Shown here: positions 51,913 to 60,881 of the stretch, in pieces
Position numbering within the stretch: position 1 is the first letter of the stretch
Layout: each line of letters opens with the position of its first letter
Origin: an uncultured Chloroflexia bacterium
GTDB taxonomy: Bacteria; Chloroflexota; Limnocylindria; Limnocylindrales; CSP1-4
Reading direction: 5' to 3'
NCBI GenBank assembly: GCA_963707215.1
Contig: CAVPPB010000003.1
Span: 96,001 to 160,000, forward strand
Length of the DNA: 64,000 nt
Program-made: the position numbers and the translations under genes
The notes under the pieces: generated by a model
The model's input: only the letters and a program-made list of their open reading frames with translations
What the model was told of the DNA's origin: nothing
Database searches by the model: none

Positions 51913-53439
51913 CTACTCCGCCTTCGCGTCTCCGAAGATCGTGTAGTGCCAGGGCTTCTCGGCCTCGCCGGTGAGCTCGATCATCACGTGCTTGACCTGG
52001 GTGTACTCCTCGAACGAGTACATCGACATGTCCTTGCCGAAGCCCGACTGCTTGAAGCCGCCGTGGGGCATCTCCGAGGCGACCATCAGGTGGTCATTGA
52101 CGAGGACATGACCGAAGTTGAGCTGCCGGGCGACGTTCATCGCGGTGAACACGTTCGTCGTCCAGACCGAGCTGGCCAGGCCGTAGATCGTGTCGTTGGC
52201 CATCTCGATCGCCTCGTCCATGGTGTCGAACGGCACGACGACCAGGACCGGCCCGAACACCTCGCGCTGGACGATCTCGCTGTCCTGGGCGGCGCCGGTG
52301 ATGAGCGTCGGCCGGTAGAACGCCCCGCCGTCGAAGCCCGGCACCGACGGCCGCTCGCCCCCACAGGCGATCGTCGCGCCGGCCTCGCGGGCCCGCTGGA
52401 CGAAGCCGTCGACCCGCTCGACCTGGGCGGTGCTGATGAGCGTGCCCAGGTCGGTGTCGGGCGCCATCGGGTCACCCACCCGGACCGACCCGAAGAGCTC
52501 GACCATCCGGGCCACCAGGCGATCGTGAACGGACCGCTCCACGTAGACCCGGGTGGCGGCCGTGCAGTCCTGGCCGCCGTTGATGAGGGCGCCGGCGGTG
52601 GCGCCACGGGCGGCGGCCTCCAGGTCGGCGTCGGAGAAGACGAGGAGCGGGGCCTTGCCACCGAGCTCGAGGTGGACCCGCTTGAGGTTCGCCGAGGCGA
52701 GGGCCATGATCCGCCGCCCGGTCTCCGAGTCGCCGGTCAGCGAGACGAGGTCGATGTCGCGATGGGCGGCGATGGCGGCCCCAACCACGTCACCACGGCC
52801 CGTGACGACGTTGAAGACGCCGTCGGGGAGGCCCGCCTCCTTCGCCAGCTCGGCGACACGGATGGCCGTCAGCGGGGTCGCCGTCGCCGGCTTCAGGACG
52901 ACCGAGTTGCCGGCCGCCAGCGCCGGCCCGATCTTCCAGGCGGTCATCCAGACCGGGTAGTTCCACGGAGCGACCTGGCCGACGACACCGATCGGTTCGC
53001 GGCGGACCATCGAGGTATGGCTGCCGCTGTACTCGGCGGCCGCCTTGCCCTCGAGATGGCGGACGGCGGTGGCGAAGAAGCGCAGGTTGTCGATGGTGAA
53101 CGGCAGGTCGCTCTCGCGGCGCAGCTTGAAGGCGGTCCCGGTCTGGGCCGTCTCGAGGGTCGCCAGCTCGTCGGCGTTCGCCTCGAGGAGATCGGCCAGC
53201 CTCAGAAGGACCGCGCTGCGCTCGGAGAGGAGCGCCCGGCTCCAGCTCCCGTCACCGAAGCTCCGACGGGCCGCCAGGACGGCCCGGTCCACGTCCGCCT
53301 CGGTCCCCGCCGGCGCCCGCCCGACGACCTGGCCCGAGGCCGGGCTGCGGACCTCGATCCACTTCCCGGACGACGCCTCCAGGGACCGGCCGTCGATGAA
53401 CATCCGCAGGTCGGGGCCGCTTCCGATCGCCATCGTCAT
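51913..53439 (-). CDS. NAD-dependent aldehyde dehydrogenase, gamma-aminobutyraldehyde dehydrogenase-like
   Basis: HTSMVRREPIGVVGQVAPWNYP, LELGGKAP, NGGQDCTAATR, EVFGPV, SEMPHGGFKQSGFGKDMS; GAGGAGG RBS. Confidence 0.92.
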   Translation of the reverse strand: MTMAIGSGPDLRMFIDGRSLEASSGKWIEVRSPASGQVVGRAPAGTEADVDRAVLAARRSFGDGSWSRALLSERSAVLLRLADLLEANADELATLETAQTGTAFKLRRESDLPFTIDNLRFFATAVRHLEGKAAAEYSGSHTSMVRREPIGVVGQVAPWNYPVWMTAWKIGPALAAGNSVVLKPATATPLTAIRVAELAKEAGLPDGVFNVVTGRGDVVGAAIAAHRDIDLVSLTGDSETGRRIMALASANLKRVHLELGGKAPLLVFSDADLEAAARGATAGALINGGQDCTAATRVYVERSVHDRLVARMVELFGSVRVGDPMAPDTDLGTLISTAQVERVDGFVQRAREAGATIACGGERPSVPGFDGGAFYRPTLITGAAQDSEIVQREVFGPVLVVVPFDTMDEAIEMANDTIYGLASSVWTTNVFTAMNVARQLNFGHVLVNDHLMVASEMPHGGFKQSGFGKDMSMYSFEEYTQVKHVMIELTGEAEKPWHYTIFGDAKAE

Positions 53440-53483
53440 GGTCCTCCTCGTGTGGTTCGCCGAGTCTAGGTAGCCCCCCGTCG

Positions 53484-53840
53484 TCAGCCCAGGGGGCGGG
53501 GCTCCAGCGGCACGTCCCAGTGCGCCTCCAGGAGCTCGAACCGGCGCCGCTCCTCGGCCGCGTAGCGCTCCTGGTCGGGGAAGAGCCGGCGGGCGATGTC
53601 GCCGTCGCTGTGCTCCTCCAGGGCCGCCCAGTCGCGATAGGTGATCGAGACCAGGACGTCCCAGGCCGCCTCCCCGGCACCGTGGAAGCGCGGCGTCCAC
53701 ATCTCCACCGCCGTGAAGCGACCAGCCTCCAGCTGCTCCTGGAGGACCGGCCAGTGGTTGCGCCGGAACAGCTCCACGAACTCGTCGTGGCCGCCCCAGC
53801 AGGTCCGGTAGAAGTAGAGCACCTCGACTGGCCGGTCCAT
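53484..53840 (-). CDS. Conserved hypothetical protein (possible dimeric alpha/beta barrel)
   Basis: YFYR..WG..DEF.ELF.RNHWP.L...WD....ITY.D...EE.RRFELL.AHWDVP; AGGAGG RBS. Confidence 0.75.
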   Translation of the reverse strand: MDRPVEVLYFYRTCWGGHDEFVELFRRNHWPVLQEQLEAGRFTAVEMWTPRFHGAGEAAWDVLVSITYRDWAALEEHSDGDIARRLFPDQERYAAEERRRFELLEAHWDVPLEPRPLG

Positions 53841-53862
53841 CTCGTTCCTCCTGCCTGATCGC

Positions 53863-55086
53863 TCAGTCGTCGGCGCGCTCGCGCTCCAGCAAGGTCGCCG
53901 CGAACCCGGCCAGGGCGACGTCCTCCAGGGGCGGGTTGACGAGACCCGCGCGAGCATCACGGAATGCCCGCTCAAGGGGCCCGGCCAGGAAGCCCGGCCC
54001 GCCGGCGATCCGGAGCGCCTCGTCGGTCGCCTCGACGGCCGCACGCGTGGCGACCAGCTTCGCGAGCTGGACGTCGGCCAGCAAGGACGGGCGCGCGGCC
54101 GGCTCGGCCTCGTCCCAACGGCGGGCGACGTCGAGCAGGACCACGCGGGCCGCGCGCAACGTGGCATCCAGCCGGCCGAGGCGGAAGCGCACCGAGGGCA
54201 CGTCGGCGACGGCCGTCGAGCCGTCGCCCGGCCGACGCTCCAGCGCCCAGCGCGCTACGGCGCGCCTGGCTCCCTCCCCCACCCCGAGATACGCGGCTCC
54301 GGCGCACAGCCCGAACCAGGCCGCAGGATCCGGCCCGCGCGGATCGGGCATCCCGGGCGCTCGCCGCGACACCAGGGCATCGCCCTCGACATCGACGTCG
54401 ACGAGACGCAGGTGCCCCGACGCCGAGGCCCGCATGCCAAGGGACGGGTCGGCAGGGAGCCGCTCGACGCCGGGCGACGTCAGGTCGACGAGCAGGTTCC
54501 CGAGCTCGGGCGCCGAGGCCGGTCCGTCAGCGGGTGCCTCCAGGCGCACCGACACGACGGCCAGCCGGAGCGCGGGCAGCCAGGTCGTCCAGGCCTTCTC
54601 ACCGGTCAGCCGCCAGCCGGCATCGGTGGCCATGGCCGACGTCGCCGGCAGGGCCCCACGGGCGGGTGAGCCCCCGGCCTCCTCGGTCGCCGCGGAGTTG
54701 ACGAGCGCCCCCTCGTCACGGACGAGCCGGACCAGCCGGTCCAGGGCCGCCGGAGCCCAGCCCGCGCCTCCCACCGCCGAGCCGACGACGTGGAGATGCA
54801 TCGCGAAGCCGAGCGCAGCGGAGCCATCCACGGCCCCGATCACCGCCAGGACCCGGGCAGCCAGGGCGACGGTGGGGCCATGCCCGCCGTCCCCGGGGGC
54901 CAGCGGGAGCCGGTGCAGCCCCGCCTCGACCAGGGCCGCCGGGACGGCCGGGTCGAAGGCTTCCGACGCACTGGCGGCCTGGATCCTCGGGAGGGCGCGT
55001 CGCAGCGCTGCCGCGACCTCGGCCGGCAGGTCGGTGGGCACCTGCGGCGGCGCCGGGCGAACGCGCGCCCCGGGGATCTCGCTCAC
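53863..55086 (-). CDS. Acyl-CoA dehydrogenase-fold flavoprotein (YdbM/monooxygenase-like)
   Basis: DGSAALGFAMH, NSAATE..GGSP.RG.LP, LTGEKAWTT, LGMRASASG, AAYLGVG, ALRIAGG, LERAFRDARAG..NPP. Confidence 0.85.
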   Translation of the reverse strand: MSEIPGARVRPAPPQVPTDLPAEVAAALRRALPRIQAASASEAFDPAVPAALVEAGLHRLPLAPGDGGHGPTVALAARVLAVIGAVDGSAALGFAMHLHVVGSAVGGAGWAPAALDRLVRLVRDEGALVNSAATEEAGGSPARGALPATSAMATDAGWRLTGEKAWTTWLPALRLAVVSVRLEAPADGPASAPELGNLLVDLTSPGVERLPADPSLGMRASASGHLRLVDVDVEGDALVSRRAPGMPDPRGPDPAAWFGLCAGAAYLGVGEGARRAVARWALERRPGDGSTAVADVPSVRFRLGRLDATLRAARVVLLDVARRWDEAEPAARPSLLADVQLAKLVATRAAVEATDEALRIAGGPGFLAGPLERAFRDARAGLVNPPLEDVALAGFAATLLERERADD

Positions 55087-56660
55087 TCGCCGGCTCCACC
55101 GGTGTCCGGTCGCGACCGATCGGACCAGCGCCCCTCGATCTCGTCGATCGCCAACGTGGCGGCGGCCTCGCGCAGCAGCTCCCAGCAGCGCGCCACGTGC
55201 CGCTCCTCGGTCCGCAGGTTGCCGATCGACACGCGGATCGTGAAGCGATCGGCGAGCCGGGTGTGGGACAGGAACACCTCGCCGGTCCGGTTCACCGCGT
55301 CGAGGATGGTCGCGTTCGCCGCGTCGAGCCTCGCTTCGATCCCCGGCTCGTCCTCGCGACCGGCCCACGCGGCCGGCCGCCACCGGAAGCAGGTGGTCGA
55401 GAACGGCGCCGGCGCCAGGAGCTCCCAATCCGGATCCGCGTCAACCCAGGCGGTGAACAGTCGCGACAGCTCCAGATGGTGCCGCAGGCGTCGTCGGATG
55501 CCCTCGAGCCCGAACCAGCGAAGCTGGACCCAGAGTTTCAGCGCCCGGAAGCGGCGACCAAGCTGGGGCGTGTACTCGTTGATGTCCCGGACCGGTGCCT
55601 CGCGGTCGAGGGTCCGCAGGTACTCGGGCACGAGGCTGAAGGCCGCCCGCAGGTCGGGCATCCGGCGGGTCAGCAGGAGGGATGCGTCGAGCGGGGTGAA
55701 GAGCCACTTGTGCGGATTCACCACGATCGAGTGGGCTCGCTCCCAGCCCCTGAAGCTGGCCGCTTCCTCCGGCAGCATCGCCAGGACCCCCGCGTAGGCC
55801 GCATCGACGTGGAGCCACAGGTCCTCGCGGGCCGCCACATCGGCGATCGCGTCCACCGGGTCGACCGACGTCGACGAGGTCGTGCCCAGGGTCGCCACGA
55901 CGGCGATCGGGAGCCGCCCGGCGGCCCGGTCCCGGGCGATGGACTCGTCAAGCAGATCGACCCGGAGGCGATACTCGTCGTCGACCGGGACCCGGACGAC
56001 GGCGTCGCGTCCGAGCCCCAGGGTCATCGCCGCCTTCTCGATCGAGGAATGCGCCTCGGTCGATGCGTAGACCCGGAGCGCTGGCACGTCCGCTCGCCCC
56101 GGCAGGCCCTCGGCCGCGACCGCGAGCCCTGCCGCCTCACGAGCGGCGGCCAGCGCGATCAGGGACGATGTCGACGCCGTGTCGGTGATGAAGCCGTCGA
56201 ATGACGCGGGCAGGTCGAGCGCCTGGCGCAGCCAGCCGACGACGACGATCTCGAGCTCGGTCCCGATCGGCGAGGTCCGCCAGAGCATGGGGTTCTGGCC
56301 GAGGGCGGCGGTCAGCATCTCGCCCAGGATCCCCGGCCCCGAGGCGGTGGTGGCGAAGTAGGCCATGAATCCGGGGTGCTGCCACTGGGTCGCGTTCGGG
56401 GCGACGAGCGACCGGACATCGGCGAGGACGTCCGCAAGGGGTTCGGGAGCCTCGGGCGGTTCGGCCGGGAAGCGCGGGGCCAGGGTGCCTGGCTCGATCG
56501 CCGGGAAGACGGCATACGTCTCGATATCGCGCAGGTAGTCGGCCATCAGGTCGACGACCTCGTGGCCAGCCGAGCGGAACGCCTCGGGGTCCATGTCGAG
56601 CAGTCCGTCGAGCTGCTCCGGGTCGAGTCGGGCGGCGGCCGGATCGCGGTCGTCAAGCAC
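55083..56660 (-). CDS. PLP-dependent group II decarboxylase, aromatic-L-amino-acid decarboxylase-like
   Basis: WQHPGFMAYF, SPIGTELE, AHSSIEKAA, ATLGTTS, WLHVDAAYAG, VNPHKWLF, LGRRFRALKLW. Confidence 0.92.
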   Translation of the reverse strand: MLDDRDPAAARLDPEQLDGLLDMDPEAFRSAGHEVVDLMADYLRDIETYAVFPAIEPGTLAPRFPAEPPEAPEPLADVLADVRSLVAPNATQWQHPGFMAYFATTASGPGILGEMLTAALGQNPMLWRTSPIGTELEIVVVGWLRQALDLPASFDGFITDTASTSSLIALAAAREAAGLAVAAEGLPGRADVPALRVYASTEAHSSIEKAAMTLGLGRDAVVRVPVDDEYRLRVDLLDESIARDRAAGRLPIAVVATLGTTSSTSVDPVDAIADVAAREDLWLHVDAAYAGVLAMLPEEAASFRGWERAHSIVVNPHKWLFTPLDASLLLTRRMPDLRAAFSLVPEYLRTLDREAPVRDINEYTPQLGRRFRALKLWVQLRWFGLEGIRRRLRHHLELSRLFTAWVDADPDWELLAPAPFSTTCFRWRPAAWAGREDEPGIEARLDAANATILDAVNRTGEVFLSHTRLADRFTIRVSIGNLRTEERHVARCWELLREAAATLAIDEIEGRWSDRSRPDTGGAGE

Positions 56661-56734
56661 GGTCCGAGTCTACGGCCTCTGGGCGTGACGGGACCGCGCG
56701 GGCCCACGGGCCGGCAGGCCGGTCACCGAGCGCG

Positions 56735-56986
56735 TCAGTCCTGATCGGCGTCCTCGACCGAGTGGTGCGGATCGGCCTCCGGGTGGCCGCAGACCGCGCA
56801 GACGTGCGCCTCGTAGGAGCTGTCGTCCATCCAGACCCAGCCCCCGGCCCCACGCCCCGACCGCTGCGTGCCGCCACCGACGAACGGATGGCCGGCGTGC
56901 GGGGCGGTCGGAGTATGGCCGGTGGCAGGGCCGCGATGGAGGATGCGGTCCACGATCCCCGGCTGCGGCGCCTCGGGCTTCGACAT
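56735..56986 (-). CDS. Small His/Cys-rich putative metal-binding protein (83 aa)
   Basis: GGAGG RBS; HPF...CAVCGHPEADPHH. Confidence 0.65.
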   Translation of the reverse strand: MSKPEAPQPGIVDRILHRGPATGHTPTAPHAGHPFVGGGTQRSGRGAGGWVWMDDSSYEAHVCAVCGHPEADPHHSVEDADQD

Positions 56987-57127
56987 GGTTCAGCCTCCGC
57001 GACGATCGTCGGACCGGGGGCCGCGGACCGATAGAGCCGGTCGGCCGGACCTGCGGTGGGCCGCCCCGGGCGATCCGATCCCGACCTCGAGACGCGACGC
57101 GGCAGGCGGGGACCCTGCCGGACCGGA

Positions 57128-57484
57128 TCAGCCTACGGCGACGACGGCCTCGCTCCACTCCTGCATGGAACGCATCACCCCGCCATCCACGTAGGCGTCC
57201 ACGACGCCGAAGCCCTCGAGACAGATCCCGGCACGAAGCACCAAACTCCTGAACTCCGGTGTCATGCGGAGGCGTCCCAGGCGCTCTGGATCGCCGCGCA
57301 GGAGGGCGAAGCCGCCGAGGTCGCCACCGTGGGCCGACAGGAGGACGAGCTCGAAGCTCTCGATCTCGCCCGCTGCCTGGAGCCCGTTCCAGTAGGCGAC
57401 CCCTTCCTGGAACAACTTGCCAGCTGCCGCTTCCTTGCCGGAGCGCGAGGCGCCCCACCCGATGAAGAGCCCGCTATCTGCCAT
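57128..57484 (-). CDS. Conserved hypothetical protein
   Basis: MADSGLFIGWG...G.IESFE.VLL..HGGDLGGF.LLRG; GGGAGG RBS. Confidence 0.75.
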   Translation of the reverse strand: MADSGLFIGWGASRSGKEAAAGKLFQEGVAYWNGLQAAGEIESFELVLLSAHGGDLGGFALLRGDPERLGRLRMTPEFRSLVLRAGICLEGFGVVDAYVDGGVMRSMQEWSEAVVAVG

Positions 57485-57674
57485 GGCGTCCTCCCGGAAC
57501 GGATGTGCGCGGGTCGGTCTCGCCAGTGGCTCGGCACGGTCCGGTTCAGCGGCCGTGGGCTCAGGATCGTGCGTCGATGCCCCCCGCGCTAAGGTGGTCA
57601 GGGTGCCGGTAGGCGACGCCTCGCCTGGAGGCCGATGTACCGAACGACCCCAGTGGAACGCCCGGGGGGTCGCC

Positions 57675-58211
57675 TCAGGCAGTCGCGGGACGTCGCTGCG
57701 CGAAGACCAGGGTGAGGAAGGTCCATCCGGCGCCGAGCAGGTACAGCACCACCAGCGCGTAGTAGAGCGCTGCCTCGAGCTCCGGCACGACACCCACGAT
57801 GATGACGATCGGCGTGAGCGTCCACAGGGCCATGAGGAGGAGGTAGGCCACCCACACCGTTGCCGCGATCCACCGCGGGCTCGAACCTGCCCGCTCCTCC
57901 ACCGGCTCCTCAGCCCAGACCGCCCGGGACTCGGGCGCCCGGAAGATCGCGGCGAGATTGACGAGCCAGGCGACCAGGACCACGGCACTGCTCAGCGCCC
58001 ACACCTCGTGCTCCGTCAGGTCGAAGCGACCGAAGGCCCCGGGGGTGAGGCCCGCGATGATCGTCAGCATCCCCATCGACACCACGACCCGCATCGGCGC
58101 GACCTCCCGGGGCTCGGTCGGCCCGCCGCTGCGCAGGGCGATGAGCGCCCCGAAGCCGACGAACACGCCGGCGATCTCCGCCAGGGGGATCAACATCTCG
58201 GTGTCCGCCAT
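57675..58211 (-). CDS. Hypothetical multi-pass membrane protein (paralog of 21329..21874)
   Basis: LAEIAGVFVGFGALIA motif, about 5 TM helices; GGAGGT RBS. Confidence 0.75.
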   Translation of the reverse strand: MADTEMLIPLAEIAGVFVGFGALIALRSGGPTEPREVAPMRVVVSMGMLTIIAGLTPGAFGRFDLTEHEVWALSSAVVLVAWLVNLAAIFRAPESRAVWAEEPVEERAGSSPRWIAATVWVAYLLLMALWTLTPIVIIVGVVPELEAALYYALVVLYLLGAGWTFLTLVFAQRRPATA

Positions 58212-58886
58212 GACCGCACCTCCCGCACCCGTGCTCGACTCGATGGGCGGGAGTGTCGGCCGGTCGGCGGTCCCTCGACCAGATGCGGAGGTCGCGAAGC
58301 GTCCGCCGCCGCCCGCCCTTAGGCTGGTCATCCCCCGGCGCAATCGCCGCCGGGTCGCCCTTGGCCGCCGGGTGGGGTCGCGCCGACCGGCGCGCCGCCG
58401 GGGTCGGCGCCCGATCGTTCCAACCCTTCGGCCGTATCAAGACCGCGGCGTCAACGAGGCGCTGCAATCAGCCGTTGGGGGTTGCCGTGGGATAGGCCGT
58501 TCCAGGCGCAGCTGGGCGAGAGGACAGGCCCGGATGGACGCTGGCCGCCGCACCGCCCGCGACCGCAACGGCTTCGAGGGCATCCTCGTGGCCGGCCACG
58601 TCGGTCCCCATGTGGCCTCCAGGGTGATCCGGAGCTGGGTCGACGAGCCCACCCCGCCCACCGAGAAGGAGTCGGCAGGCGTACTGGCCGAGGAAGCCAC
58701 GACGGCAACCCCGGATCAACCCCACGGTCCTGACTAGCCCACGACCGGGCGACGCCGTCCGTTCAGGCCCTCAGCCTCTTGCCCGGTACGTTCCACGACC
58801 GGCACCCTGACCGCCATGGCACGGGGGCGCTGCGGTCTCTCCTGACCAGCCCGCCTCGCGACGAGGCGTCCCGGGAGGGACATGAA

Positions 58887-59426
58887 GTGCGCAGGATCGC
58901 GGCGCTTGCAGCAGCGATCGGACTGCTTGCCGGCGTCGCCGGACCTGGCTTGGTGCTGGCCGCACGGTCAACACCGAGCTTCGTCGGTGACTTCGCCGTG
59001 TTCTGGGATACGGGAGGTGTGTCCCATCCGCTTGGTCGGCTCCACGCGCAGCTGTCGGTGCCAGATGAGCGACAACTCGTCCCGGGAACCTATGACCTCA
59101 CGAGGGCTGGGGCCGAGACCCACGCGATCTTCGGGGACGCCGCGTTCTGGCTCGACCCTGACTACAAGGGCGGTGCGAGAGTCGCCTTCGGTGAGGGTGT
59201 CGAATGCCACTTCTGGAGCTTCCCCGGGGGCGCTGCGTCGGAATGTGGCGTCCACGCCGTCATGTTCATCGATGTGCTCGACCCATCGGAGCCAGATGAG
59301 GTCGCCTTCTCCTGGTACTACGACCAGAACGGCTGGTTCTTCGAGTGGAGGAGGGTGGGTTCCGGCTCCTTCCAGATGCTGGGAGACTTCCCGACGGAGT
59401 GCCCGTTCTACACCTGCCCGCTATGA
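58887..59426 (+). CDS. Secreted hypothetical protein, Cys- and aromatic-rich
   Basis: GGGAGGGA RBS, signal peptide RRIAALAAAIGLLAG..VLA, four Cys; visibly less GC-biased codons. Confidence 0.65.
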   Translation: MRRIAALAAAIGLLAGVAGPGLVLAARSTPSFVGDFAVFWDTGGVSHPLGRLHAQLSVPDERQLVPGTYDLTRAGAETHAIFGDAAFWLDPDYKGGARVAFGEGVECHFWSFPGGAASECGVHAVMFIDVLDPSEPDEVAFSWYYDQNGWFFEWRRVGSGSFQMLGDFPTECPFYTCPL

Positions 59427-59728
59427 CTGAGCCTCAAGGCGCTCGTCGCTGAGGGAGCGCCGCTCCTTCGCCCACTCATCCAAGCCTCCCCAGATCGCCG
59501 AGGTCCCGCGCTGACCGCCCTCGGCCTCGGGCTAGCGCCTCCCAGGCTGCCACGGCCTCCTCGCCCGCCTCCGGGGGCAATCCGGGCGACGTCACGGAAC
59601 CGGGCGACCTGGGCCGCTCGATGCCGGCTACGGCCCAGGAGCGGCCAAGGCGCCGATGGTGGCGCGGAAGGGCGCTCTGGGCGGGCCCCAGGCGAGTGGG
59701 CGGCTCGGTGTCTTGCCCGGGCCCGTGC

Positions 59729-60244
59729 CTAGTCGGCCGGCAGCGACCGCAAGTAGTCGGCGAGGTCCTCGAGGTCCTGCGAGGACAGCTGCCATCGCGG
59801 CATGTCCGGGTCGAGCGGATCGCCGTCGGGGTGCTGGCCGTCGATGACGGCCCGCCCGAACGTCTCGAGGTCGTACCCCTCGTGGTCAGCCTCGTCGCCG
59901 TGCTCCTCGTCCTCATGGGCGGCGAGCACCGCCCAGCGGATGTCGGGGGCGTCCATCACCTCCATGTGCATCATGTGGATGCCGCCTCGCGCATCGGGGG
60001 CGTGACAGGAGGCGCAGGAGAGGCGCCCAGACATCATCATCCCGCCGATGTCGGGGCCGCCGGTGTAGTCGATCGACCCCGCGCGCTCGCTGGTCCCGGT
60101 GAAGTAGATGCGCTCCCCGTTCGACTCGAACGCCCCGTCGCCCCATGCCGTGCCGGATGGCCCGCAGGCGGCCAGAATCATCAAGGTGGTCGCTACGAGT
60201 CCGACGGCACGAGCGAGATCGCGCGGTCCGGACCTCGTGCGCAT
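59729..60244 (-). CDS. Monoheme c-type cytochrome lipoprotein
   Basis: Lipobox LAAC, NGERIYFTG, CASCH heme motif, distal MPRW, DLADYL. Confidence 0.88.
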   Translation of the reverse strand: MRTRSGPRDLARAVGLVATTLMILAACGPSGTAWGDGAFESNGERIYFTGTSERAGSIDYTGGPDIGGMMMSGRLSCASCHAPDARGGIHMMHMEVMDAPDIRWAVLAAHEDEEHGDEADHEGYDLETFGRAVIDGQHPDGDPLDPDMPRWQLSSQDLEDLADYLRSLPAD

Positions 60245-60804
60245 GGGACTCAGGGTGTCGGCCGTGGGACGCACCGGTCCAGAGGCAGAGGGCCCGATCG
60301 GACGCCGTCGCTGGACCGGCGGTCGGTCGGAGCCGGGGCCGTGGGCGAGACGCCAGATGGCCCAGCTCACAGGACGCTGCGCCTGCCAGGCCGCGAGGCC
60401 GAGCGACACATCTCGTGGGTCGCCGGGTCCACGGAGCCCGGCTGCGCGATCGCGCGATGACGAGGAAGCCGTCCAGGGAGTCGCGGAGCTGGTCAAGGTC
60501 ACGAACGGGTAGTCGGCGCGAAGTCGAACCGGGGGGAGAGGGACACTCCTCCCCCATGCGGCCGCGCGTCCAGGATGCTCCCCCTCCCCCGGGGTGGTCG
60601 TTAACCCGGGATCGGCCCCCTCTCTCTGAGAGCTCGAGGATGGCCCAGGACCCCCGCCAGGCGCCACGGAGGTGGTGACTTCTGACGGCCGCGAGACGCC
60701 ACGACTACCGATCCGGACCGTCTGTCACGCTCCCGACGGCTGCCACGGAGCCCCCGACGGGCTGGCCAAGTGGGCCGGAGAGGGCCGTTTCGTGCGTGGA
60801 TCGG

Positions 60805-60881
60805 TGGTCGGGGCGACTGGATTCGAACCAGCGACCTCCTGAACCCCATTCAGGTGCGCTACCAGGCTGCGCCACGCCCCG
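60805..60881 (-). tRNA. tRNA-Pro (anticodon GGG)
   Basis: CGGGGCGTGGCGCAGCCTGGTAGCGCACCTGAATGGGGTTCAGGAGGTCGCTGGTTCGAATCCAGTCGCCCCGACCA; 77 nt with encoded CCA. Confidence 0.96.

Noticed and set aside
60250-60800. Gene or ncRNA between the cytochrome c gene and tRNA-Pro (fragment VRDLDQLRDSLDGFLVIAR; purine/pyrimidine hairpins)
   Set aside because: No continuous credible ORF or recognisable RNA family; at most a remnant.
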